Positions 56,917-64,000 of a stretch of DNA of 64,000 nt are shown in pieces (positions within the stretch are counted from its first letter, which is position 1; each line of letters opens with the position of its first letter). Below the pieces are notes generated by a model. The model was given only the letters and a program-made list of their open reading frames with translations. It did not search any database and was not told the origin of the DNA. The position numbers and the translations under genes were made by a program. The DNA comes from Candidatus Binatia bacterium (GTDB taxonomy: Bacteria; Desulfobacterota; Binatia; Bin18): the NCBI GenBank assembly GCA_963667495.1, contig OY763426.1:1923615-1987614 (forward strand). Reading direction: 5' to 3'.

Positions 56917-58365
56917 ATGCCACGCACTGCTTTTGGCCGTCGCCCGAAACCTTCCGCCCCCCAGCCCGCCTCCAGCCCGCCCCCAGCCGGCGAACCGGCT
57001 GGGGGGCAGCCTGCTCCGGGGGACGCGGCGCCCCAGGAACAGCCCCCGCGAGCGGCGGAGGCCGGTGCCGCCGAGCCGGGGCGCCGGCTGGCCGCGGACC
57101 GGCTGATTGCCGATATGGCGGCACAAATCCACCCGACGGTGGTGCAGTCGCTCGATATGTCCAAGGCGGCCGACCTGAGCCGGAACGAACTGGCGGTGCA
57201 AATCCAGGCTTTTCTGGACAGGCAAGAGTCGGTTGCCTCGGACCTGACGCCGCTGGACCGCCGGCGCGTGGTGCAGCGACTGGTGGACGATATCAAGGGC
57301 CTTGGTCCGCTGGAGCCGCTGTTCAACGACCCGGCTGTCTCCGACATTCTGGTCAATGGGCTCAAATCGGTCTATGTCGAACGTAAGGGCAAGCTGGAGC
57401 AGGCGGAGATCCGCTTCCGCGACGAGCAGCACTTGCTGAATATCGCCCAGCGGATTGCCAGTTGGGTCGGGCGGCGCATTGACGAGGCCAGCCCGATGGT
57501 GGACGCGCGCCTGCCGGACGGCAGCCGGGTGAATATCGTCATTCCGCCGCTGGCGATTGACGGTGCGGCATTCTCCATCCGGCGCTTTGTGGCCCGTGGC
57601 ATCAGCCTGGCCGACCTGGCCGAGCGCAACGCCTTTACCCCGGCCATGGGCCGGCTGCTCCAGATTTGTGCCAAGGCCCGGCTGAATATCCTGATTTCGG
57701 GCGGGACGGGCGCCGGGAAAACGACCTTTCTGAACGCCCTGTCGCGCGAGATCAGCAATGCCGAGCGGCTGGTGACCATCGAGGATTCCGCGGAGTTGCA
57801 GTTGCAGCAGCCGCATGTGGTCCGGCTGGAAACGCGCACCAAGAGTGTGGAGGGGACGGGCGAGGTGAGCATCCGCGATCTGCTGATTAACGCCCTGCGG
57901 ATGCGACCCGACCGGATTATCGTGGGTGAGGTGCGCGGCGGCGAGGCCAACGAGATGCTGCAAGCCATGAATACCGGTCATCCGGGCTCGATGTGTACGC
58001 TCCACGCCAATAATCCGCGTGATGCGCTGGGCCGGCTCGAAAACATGCTGATGCAGACCTCTGGTGAGATACCGCTGTCGGCCATGCGCCGCCAGATTGT
58101 GTCGGCTGTTGATCTGGTCGTGCAGTTGTCCCGGCTGCGTTCCGGGCATCGCTGTGTGACCAGTATTACGGATGTGGTCGGGATGGAGGGCGATATTATT
58201 ACCACTGAGGAGATGTGGCGCCGTCTGCCGGGCGAGGCGCATGAGTTTGAGCAGAGCGGTCGTCAACCGTCCTGGATGGCCGCGGTGGACGCCGCGGGGT
58301 TGCGCGCCGAGTTGCTGGAGGTGCTCCAGATGGGGAACGCGAGAAACGTGGAGGCCGCGGCATGA
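56917..58365 (+). CDS. cpaF: Flp pilus assembly ATPase CpaF/TadA
   Basis: Walker A GGTGAGKTT, Walker B, and His/Asp boxes of the T2SS/T4SS secretion ATPase family. Ala/Pro-rich N-terminus. Confidence 0.9.
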   Translation: MPRTAFGRRPKPSAPQPASSPPPAGEPAGGQPAPGDAAPQEQPPRAAEAGAAEPGRRLAADRLIADMAAQIHPTVVQSLDMSKAADLSRNELAVQIQAFLDRQESVASDLTPLDRRRVVQRLVDDIKGLGPLEPLFNDPAVSDILVNGLKSVYVERKGKLEQAEIRFRDEQHLLNIAQRIASWVGRRIDEASPMVDARLPDGSRVNIVIPPLAIDGAAFSIRRFVARGISLADLAERNAFTPAMGRLLQICAKARLNILISGGTGAGKTTFLNALSREISNAERLVTIEDSAELQLQQPHVVRLETRTKSVEGTGEVSIRDLLINALRMRPDRIIVGEVRGGEANEMLQAMNTGHPGSMCTLHANNPRDALGRLENMLMQTSGEIPLSAMRRQIVSAVDLVVQLSRLRSGHRCVTSITDVVGMEGDIITTEEMWRRLPGEAHEFEQSGRQPSWMAAVDAAGLRAELLEVLQMGNARNVEAAA

Positions 58366-59396
58366 ATATGATGCTGACGTTGCTGGTCTGTGTGGCCGGG
58401 GTGATTATCCCCGGCCTGCTGGCCCTGCTCATTCTTGGCAACCCGCTGCTGAGCATGATGATTGCCGGGGTTGCGCTGCTGATTGAGATTCCCTGTGTGT
58501 ATCTCGTTGCCGTCTTCTGGCCGCAGCAGCGGGAGTTGAAACGCCGGCTGACGCAGGTCGCGGCCACGCTCAAGGGTAAGCCGCTGTCGGACGCGACGCC
58601 GAGTAACCGGGACAGTATTTTTCGTGAGCAACGCCGCAAGTCGCGACTGGTTGGCTGGCTGGAGCGCCGATTCCCGCTGGTTGATGTCCGTCGGGCGCTG
58701 CCCACGGCGGTCGGGCTGGGCGTGCTGGGCATGATCGCGGCAGGAGTGGGCGCAGTCTGGATGGGTTTCGGGCCGCTGGCGACGCTCTTTTTGCTGGTGG
58801 CTGGCGGACCGGGATGCGGCTGGTTTGTGCTGGCCAGGCAGGACAGCGGCCAGCGCAACGAGTTCACCAAGATATTTCCCGAAATCACCGATCAGGTGGT
58901 GCGTCTGGTGCGGGCCGGCGTTCCGTCCATGGAGGCCATCTCGATTGTGGCTCAGGAGGCCCAGCCGCCGGTCGGCGGGATCATGCGCGACGTTGCCTCG
59001 GCGGTGGCCGCAGGGTTGGACCCGGAACCCGCCATTCGCAATGTTGCCGCGCGCGTTCGTATCCCGGCGTTTTCGCTCTTCTCTGCCGCGGTCTGTTTGC
59101 AACTGACGACCGGAGGCGGCATCTCCGGCGCGCTGGGCAATCTGTCGGCGACCCTGCGCGCCCGCCTCGACTTGGAGCTCAAGGCCACGGCTTCGACGGC
59201 CCAGACCCGGCTGACCCTGGCGATTATCTCGCTGGTGCCGGTCGTTGTGCTGATCAGCCAGAATTTCACCAATCCGCAGGCGATTGAGACCTTGTTTTAC
59301 ACTGAGTCGGGTGGCACCCTGCTCCGCTACGGGGTGGGTCTGATTCTGAGCGGGCTGCTGGTCGCCCGCGCCCTGTCGGCCCGGATTGGACGGTAG
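58362..59396 (+). CDS. tadB: Flp pilus assembly inner-membrane protein TadB
   Basis: GspF-like domain. Overlaps cpaF by 4 nt. About 340 aa with N- and C-terminal TM clusters. Confidence 0.75.
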   Translation: MNMMLTLLVCVAGVIIPGLLALLILGNPLLSMMIAGVALLIEIPCVYLVAVFWPQQRELKRRLTQVAATLKGKPLSDATPSNRDSIFREQRRKSRLVGWLERRFPLVDVRRALPTAVGLGVLGMIAAGVGAVWMGFGPLATLFLLVAGGPGCGWFVLARQDSGQRNEFTKIFPEITDQVVRLVRAGVPSMEAISIVAQEAQPPVGGIMRDVASAVAAGLDPEPAIRNVAARVRIPAFSLFSAAVCLQLTTGGGISGALGNLSATLRARLDLELKATASTAQTRLTLAIISLVPVVVLISQNFTNPQAIETLFYTESGGTLLRYGVGLILSGLLVARALSARIGR

Positions 59397-59489
59397 GTGA
59401 TGGCTTATTTTGGGGAACAATATACTTGACGCACTCAGGAAATAAAAGGGCACAACCTACTTAGGACAGCCAGGAAGGAGTATAGCCCA

Positions 59490-59906
59490 ATGAACAAAGT
59501 TTGGACGATGCTTGCGGCGGTGAGTTTCATGCTGGCAGCGTTTGCTGGCTGCGACGATGCCAAGATAGCGTCCAGGAACTTATCGAAAGCAGCGGAAAAT
59601 TTTGAGATCGACCGGCGTATCATCTTTTACAACGGTATCACTGACACCTACATGCTCACCATATATGGGCGCTGCGCTATTGACGATCAAAGAAAACAAC
59701 TGGAAGTGGTGTGCAAGGTCAGCCAGGATGCCTACAAAAAGCACTTCCTGGGGCTGTCCGACAATGTGACCTATTTCGCGGAACAGTTGGAAACGGCGAA
59801 TGTGAGCGCCTATCACTACCGTGTCACCTTTAAGCCGCAGACGATTTTGCCGGATATCGACTTCCGGGGAAGCGGCACGGAATTACTCGAAAACAAGTCG
59901 GAATAA
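59490..59906 (+). CDS. lipoprotein of unknown function (cargo of AT-rich insertion)
   Basis: Lipobox LAAFAGC. AT-richer composition than its surroundings. Confidence 0.5.
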   Translation: MNKVWTMLAAVSFMLAAFAGCDDAKIASRNLSKAAENFEIDRRIIFYNGITDTYMLTIYGRCAIDDQRKQLEVVCKVSQDAYKKHFLGLSDNVTYFAEQLETANVSAYHYRVTFKPQTILPDIDFRGSGTELLENKSE

Positions 59907-59957
59907 TCAGTTTGAATGGATGTCCTAAGTATGTTGTTCCCTTATTTTGTACCCCCG

Positions 59958-60176
59958 CCCTCTCCCTCCAGGAGACTTGACCTCCCCTCCTTGAAGGGAA
60001 AGAGGAAACGTATCCTCCAACAGGCTGGAGATGCTGGACACGTTTCCTCTTTGTGCCGCGTAGCGGCGGGGTGGGTTTCGTCGTCTCGCTGCACCCCTGC
60101 GCCCGAGCAGCACCCACCCCGGCCCTTCAACGAGGCTCAGGACAGGCTCTTCGGGCCACCCCTCCGAGGAGGGGAT
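59958..60176. repeat. composite repeat block at the left side of the AT-rich insertion
   Basis: GAAAGAGGAAACGTATCCTCC..GGACACGTTTCCTCTTTGTGCCGCGTAGCGGCGGGGTGGGTTTCG...CACCCACCCCGGCCCTTCAACGAGGCTCAGGACAGG..GGGCCACCCCTCCGAGGAGGGGAT. Confidence 0.85.
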
Positions 60177-60357
60177 TATATACAGTGTTACCCACCCTTA
60201 GCATGGATGCAGTGTTCACGCATTCACCGTTTTTACTGCTTTTGACTTCTGAATTTTTGTTGTTCCGTGGACTTGACAGCGTAATATACAGATATATACT
60301 CGGGCCTGACAGGGCAGCATTCTGCTTTCTTGTTCCTTGGAAGGGAGACTCGTATGG

Positions 60358-60521
60358 CAATCCAAAAAAAGGCGAATCATAAGCGCACCCCTGCGTCTAA
60401 TAAGGGTGGGCGTCCTGCTCGGCCTATGCCTGAGTTGATTCCTGATACGCCTGAGAATATCGCCCGTGCTTCGATGATGGGGCCGCCGAAGAAGAAGTGG
60501 CAGTATGAACAATCACAATAA
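60358..60521 (+). CDS. small basic hypothetical protein
   Basis: ATG after GAAGGGAG. Lys/Arg/Pro-rich 54 aa. Confidence 0.3.
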
Positions 60522-60526
60522 CAATC

Positions 60527-60838
60527 ATGCTAGGCTCAGAAGAACTTCTGAAGTGGGGCATTCCATTTTTTGCGGTGATAATTGCTCTTATTGGTACGGT
60601 ATGGAGGATCAGGGTCGATTATCGACGTGAGATACGTGAGGCCGATGAGGCGGCGGAAAAACGCCGAAACGAACGTATGGATGCTATCGAGAACCGACTC
60701 AATGAGCGTCTAAAGGAAATACAGGATGGGCTTCTGGCTTGGAACGAGAAAGTCCATGACCTTGAAATAGATTTGGCTCAAACAATAGGGCGGCTTGAGG
60801 GACGACAAGAGGCCGAAACTCCGAGAACGCCTAGATAG
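60527..60838 (+). CDS. small membrane-anchored coiled-coil hypothetical protein
   Basis: N-terminal TM (IPFFAVIIALIGTVW), then a heptad-rich helix. Confidence 0.4.
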   Translation: MLGSEELLKWGIPFFAVIIALIGTVWRIRVDYRREIREADEAAEKRRNERMDAIENRLNERLKEIQDGLLAWNEKVHDLEIDLAQTIGRLEGRQEAETPRTPR

Positions 60839-61039
60839 GAGTCATGTAGTATGGAACATCGAGAAACTAACCAAAATCTGATAAGCCCTGAAGTTGAACG
60901 GAGCTTCGACCGCATTCAATCTGCCATGTCTCTTTCTGATAAGCGGTTAGGCAGTATTGAGCGTTTAGCGAAAGAACTGGAGTCTCTTGTCGAAGAAAAG
61001 GAAAATACACAAGAACAAGAGTAATTGTACTTGGATAGA

Positions 61040-61067
61040 AAGCCCGGCTGACTGGCCGGGCTTTCTT
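61040..61067 (+). terminator. Rho-independent terminator-like hairpin
   Basis: GCCCGGC-TGACTG-GCCGGGC followed by TTTCTT. Lies after the small-ORF cluster. Confidence 0.6.
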
Positions 61068-61071
61068 GTGC

Positions 61072-61416
61072 CTACTTCCCAACCAAATCCTTGTACCGTA
61101 GCCGCTTATTCATCAGCCCCCGCGCCATGCACTCCATTTGGACAGCCGTATCAAGCGGGCGCTGGTTGTGACGGCCTGCAAACTCGTTGACATACCGGCC
61201 TAAGTGTTTCTCACTCATCTTGTGGTAGGTGCCGTAGTAGCCTCTCTTGGGCATACTCCAGAAGCTCTCAATGCCGTTCGTGTGGGCTTGTCCGTTGACG
61301 TACCCCCAACGCATAGCCGAAATTGTGACGAAGGGTATGGATCGGCTAGAGATGGGAATAAAAGATGATGCAAAATCAGAGATTGTTCGTCTGTCGCAGG
61401 GATTACCATATGTCAC
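61072..61416 (-). pseudogene. C-terminal fragment of an IS1595-family (ISXO2-like) transposase
   Basis: [38 protein letters not shown] matches the conserved C-terminal ISXO2-like transposase domain. No N-terminal part or inverted repeats. Confidence 0.65.
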
Positions 61417-61906
61417 TCATTTACTCGCGCTCTACGCCACCAAGGTGGCAATAAGCAGAAAGAGTATGGAGGTTGAAAGTGAAGACGTAAATAAGGGAAT
61501 GGAAAGAGCCCTCGAACAATGGCAGGAATCAATCAAGACAACATATTATCGCGCAACTAAGAGCCAACAACCAGGGAACATTTTCAAGGAAGTTATCCTA
61601 GCTTGTGCATTTGCCGAAAATGATGAGTTGGGGTATTTCTCTGCCGGAAATGTGCGAGAACCTTTACGTATTATCACCAGTCGAGAATACGATATTCCAA
61701 ACTTTGCGCGGCATCTGAAAGAATTTAGTGGGCAAGAGCGCGGAGGGCTTCTTTATCGAACAGGACAGAAACGCCAGATACGTTATCGTTTCAACAGCCC
61801 ATTGATGCGGCCATATATCGTCATGAAAGGGTTCGCGGATGGTTTGATTACTCAAGAGGTTTTTCACAGACTGCTACCTAATCAGCCAATGCGTATGGTT
61901 CCCTAA
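61247..61906 (+). pseudogene. truncated AAA+/ORC-like ATPase C-terminal fragment, overlapping the transposase remnant
   Basis: Helical lid and winged-helix-like C-terminal region ([16 protein letters not shown]...). No Walker A region. The 5' part overlaps the IS fragment on the opposite strand. Confidence 0.4.
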
Positions 61907-61949
61907 TATATCAAATATGAACTTGGCTTGGGTAAGATTGTATATAATT

Positions 61950-62075
61950 CCCTCTTGGGAGGCCCGTCCTGAGCCCAGCCGAAGGAGGTGCCGCGCCAGC
62001 GGCGGGGTGGGTTTGGCGGGCGGTCGTACCAGGACCCACCCCGGCCCTGCGGGCCACCCCTCCGAGGAGGGGAGA
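61950..62075. repeat. repeat block at the right side of the AT-rich insertion
   Basis: CCCGTCCTGAGCCCAGCCGAAGGAGGTGCCGCGCCAGCGGCGGGGTGGGTTTGG...GACCCACCCCGGCCCTGCGGGCCACCCCTCCGAGGAGGGGAG. Confidence 0.85.
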
Positions 62076-62101
62076 GTAAGAAGTAGAGGAGAACAGCAGT
62101 C

Positions 62102-63064
62102 ATGTTCTGGATTGTCGTGATCACAACGGTGGCTTGTCTGGCAGTTGTCGGTGTGCTGGTTTTTCTTAGCAGCCGCCAGGCCCAGGTGCTGGACCGCCGG
62201 CTCGTCAAGGTGCGGGCCTGGGCCGTGGCCGCCCATGGCGACCAGCAGAAACAGCGCAAACAGCACGGCGAGGGGGGTTCCCTGCGTCTGGTGTCGTCCG
62301 CGCTGCTGGATGTGGCGTCCCGGCTGGTGCCGGTCGGGGCGGCCGAGCGAGCCAAGCTGAAAGACACGCTCACGAAGGCGGGGTTTCATCGGCCCGACGC
62401 CTTGTCGATATTCATGACGGTCAAGCTGGTCGTGATGCTGTCCAGCGGCATTCTGCTGAGCTGGCAGACCTCGGCGGGACAGTGGCTGGGGGAATATACC
62501 TCAACGCCGGCCATTCTGCTGGCGGGTCTGGCCGGGGCGGTGATCGGGGGAATTATGCCTGAGATGGGCCTGGACCGCCTCGGCACCCGCCGGCAGAGCC
62601 GGATGGCCGCGGCGCTGCCGGATGCTCTGGACCTGATGACGCTCTGCCTTGAATCCGGTTTGACTTTTGAGCGCACCCTGTCTCGGGTGGTGCGGGAGTT
62701 GGGGTCCATGGCACCCGACCTGGCCCGTGAGTTTGCGCTGTCCGAGGTGGAACTGCGGCTCGGCACTGAGCGTAAGCATGTGTTGCACGACCTGCACGTT
62801 CGGACCGGGGTGGAGGGGTTGCGCGACCTGTCCTCGACCATTACGCAGGGCGAGCGCTATGGCACGCCGCTGGCCCAGTCCATGCGGAATATCGCTCTCA
62901 GTGAACGGCAGCAGCGCGCGGCGCGGATTGAGGTCCAGGTCGCGCGGCTGCCGGTGTTGATGAGCATGCCCATGCTGCTGCTGGTGACGCCGGGAACCCT
63001 GCTGCTGGTGGCGGGACCGGCCTTTGTCTCGACCATGGAGATGCTGGGCAACCTGGGCCAGTGA
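62102..63064 (+). CDS. tadC: Flp pilus assembly inner-membrane protein TadC
   Basis: GspF-like domain with N-terminal TM and C-terminal TM pair. Follows tadB across the insertion. Confidence 0.7.
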   Translation: MFWIVVITTVACLAVVGVLVFLSSRQAQVLDRRLVKVRAWAVAAHGDQQKQRKQHGEGGSLRLVSSALLDVASRLVPVGAAERAKLKDTLTKAGFHRPDALSIFMTVKLVVMLSSGILLSWQTSAGQWLGEYTSTPAILLAGLAGAVIGGIMPEMGLDRLGTRRQSRMAAALPDALDLMTLCLESGLTFERTLSRVVRELGSMAPDLAREFALSEVELRLGTERKHVLHDLHVRTGVEGLRDLSSTITQGERYGTPLAQSMRNIALSERQQRAARIEVQVARLPVLMSMPMLLLVTPGTLLLVAGPAFVSTMEMLGNLGQ

Positions 63065-63098
63065 GGGGCGCTGCGTATTGCGTTCTCTGGGGGCTTGG

Positions 63099-63195
63099 GG
63101 AACCCACCCCGCCGCTACGCGGCACCCCTCCCGAGAGGGGATTTTTTGCTCCCCTCCTTGGAGGGGTGGCCCGCAGGGCCGGGGTGGGTTCCCCG
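63099..63195. repeat. full copy of repeat family R after tadC
   Basis: GGGAACCCACCCCGCCGCTACGCGGCACCCCTCCCGAGAGGGGAT...ATCCCCTCCTTGGAGGGGTGGCCCGCAGGGCCGGGGTGGGTTCC. Confidence 0.85.
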
Positions 63196-63377
63196 CGCAT
63201 TGACACCCCTGCGGGAGCCCTTTATAGGGAGGGCATGGAAGAGTATGAAGCCGTGGCGCAGGCCGCAGTGGCGGCCTTGCAAGGGGCCAATCAACCCAAG
63301 TGGACGGATGTGCTGGCAGCGAAGACCCTGATTGAACGGACGGCCACCCGGAACTGACGGGCCGGCTCTGCCCTCCT

Positions 63378-64000
63378 CAAGTCCCGATGTCCTCCTCCTC
63401 TCAGCCTCACGACCCGGCCTGCTCGATTTTCTGCCTGCTGTGGGCCATTGCCGCGCTGCTGCACATTATCTGGGACACTGTCCTGCTTCACAGCGCACCA
63501 TTCACAACGCTGGGGCCGCTGTCGGAGATTGTCCTGGCCTGCGCTGCCGCGGCCGTCATCCATCGCCCGTCCTCGGTCCGGCGTTTGCTCCTGCTGGCGG
63601 CCGTTCAGGTTTTGCAGGTCGGCTATCAGCTTCCGTATACCCCCAATCACTGGTTGCTGACGGGGTTTGTCAATCTGACGATCCTGTGTGCGGCCCTCGG
63701 TCTGAAAGCCCGTGCCTGGCGGTCTCCCCTTCGCTCTGCGGAGTTGTACCGGGCGTTTACGCCCGCCGTTCGGCTTGAGGTGATTATTTTTTACTTTTTT
63801 ACCTTTTTTCATAAGCTGAACGCGGATTTCCTTGACCCATCCTCCAGTTGCGCCGCGACCTTCATTGGCCATATCACCGACCTGTTCTCTGTGCCGTCCC
63901 TGCCCGCCCTGGCATCGCTGGCGATATTCGTCACCCTGGGTGTCGAAGGTGCGCTCCCCATCGGGCTGGCCATCCCCCGGCTACGGCTGCCGGCAGTACT
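63378..64000 (+). CDS. polytopic membrane protein, 3' end outside window (not in ORF track because no stop within window)
   Basis: ATG at ~63378, open to the window end. Several hydrophobic helices (CSIFCLLWAIAALLHIIW, LLLLAAVQVLQVGY, VIIFYFFTFFHKL). Confidence 0.4.

Noticed and set aside
56902-58266. 454-aa minus-strand ORF
   Set aside because: Antisense to cpaF, which has Walker motifs. GC-rich codon-position artefact.
58263-59453. 396-aa minus-strand ORF
   Set aside because: Antisense to tadB. Arg/Gly/Gln-rich with no motifs.

Overview
This is a 64-kb chromosomal window from a GC-rich (~60%) bacterium, densely coded on both strands with mostly housekeeping and cell-envelope genes. Left to right, with coordinates in kb: (1) 0-6: a partial UGPase-like nucleotidyltransferase, a GT4 glycosyltransferase, the dTDP-rhamnose genes rfbB/rfbA/rfbC and uppP. 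(2) 6-8: an ECF sigma / zinc-finger anti-sigma / secreted-protein triad on the minus strand. (3) 8-12.7: an ABC-2 transporter with GldG-like and DUF4340 accessory genes. (4) 12.8-13.9: two tandem paralogous glycine-zipper lipoproteins, one with an OmpA-like domain. (5) 14.1-17.3: a type-2 isoleucyl-tRNA synthetase. (6) 18-21.9: a spermidine-synthase-like gene, an orphan ExbB/ExbD pair, and a retropepsin-like protease next to a DUF29 gene. (7) 21.9-24.2: a BisC-type molybdopterin S/N-oxide reductase. (8) 24.3-29.2: a minus-strand cluster of ExbB, ExbD, a TonB-architecture membrane protein whose C-terminal domain is VWA, and an 800-aa TPR protein. (9) 29.2-33: a PadR regulator, a histidine phosphatase, an enoyl-CoA hydratase and pilT. 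(10) 33.0-34.7: an AT-richer islet with a DUF4160/DUF2442 pair, an extra DUF2442 gene and a structured noncoding segment. (11) 34.7-41.2: ispD, an SCP2 gene, anmK, an IMDH-family dehydrogenase, three tandem stem-loop repeats and rpoD. (12) 41.7-63: a fragmented, non-canonical Tad/Flp pilus locus. It contains a TetR regulator, a TadD-like TPR lipoprotein, a cytochrome c peroxidase, a sensor kinase, two TadE-like genes, a TadG-like VWA gene, two flp pilins, a CpaC secretin with a long low-complexity linker, a DUF559 gene, cpaE, cpaF, tadB, a 2.6-kb AT-rich insertion and tadC. The most striking feature is a modular GC-rich palindromic repeat family with at least 18 copies, 15 of them in the Tad region. 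Its core is stop-codon-free in all six frames. Copies sit at gene ends and are read through in-frame inside coding sequences: the secretin linker, the N-terminal leaders of the TadE/TadG-like genes, and the C-terminus of the TadD-like gene. No rRNA, tRNA or CRISPR array was recognised. Gene calls rest on motifs recalled from memory, and start codons are approximate.
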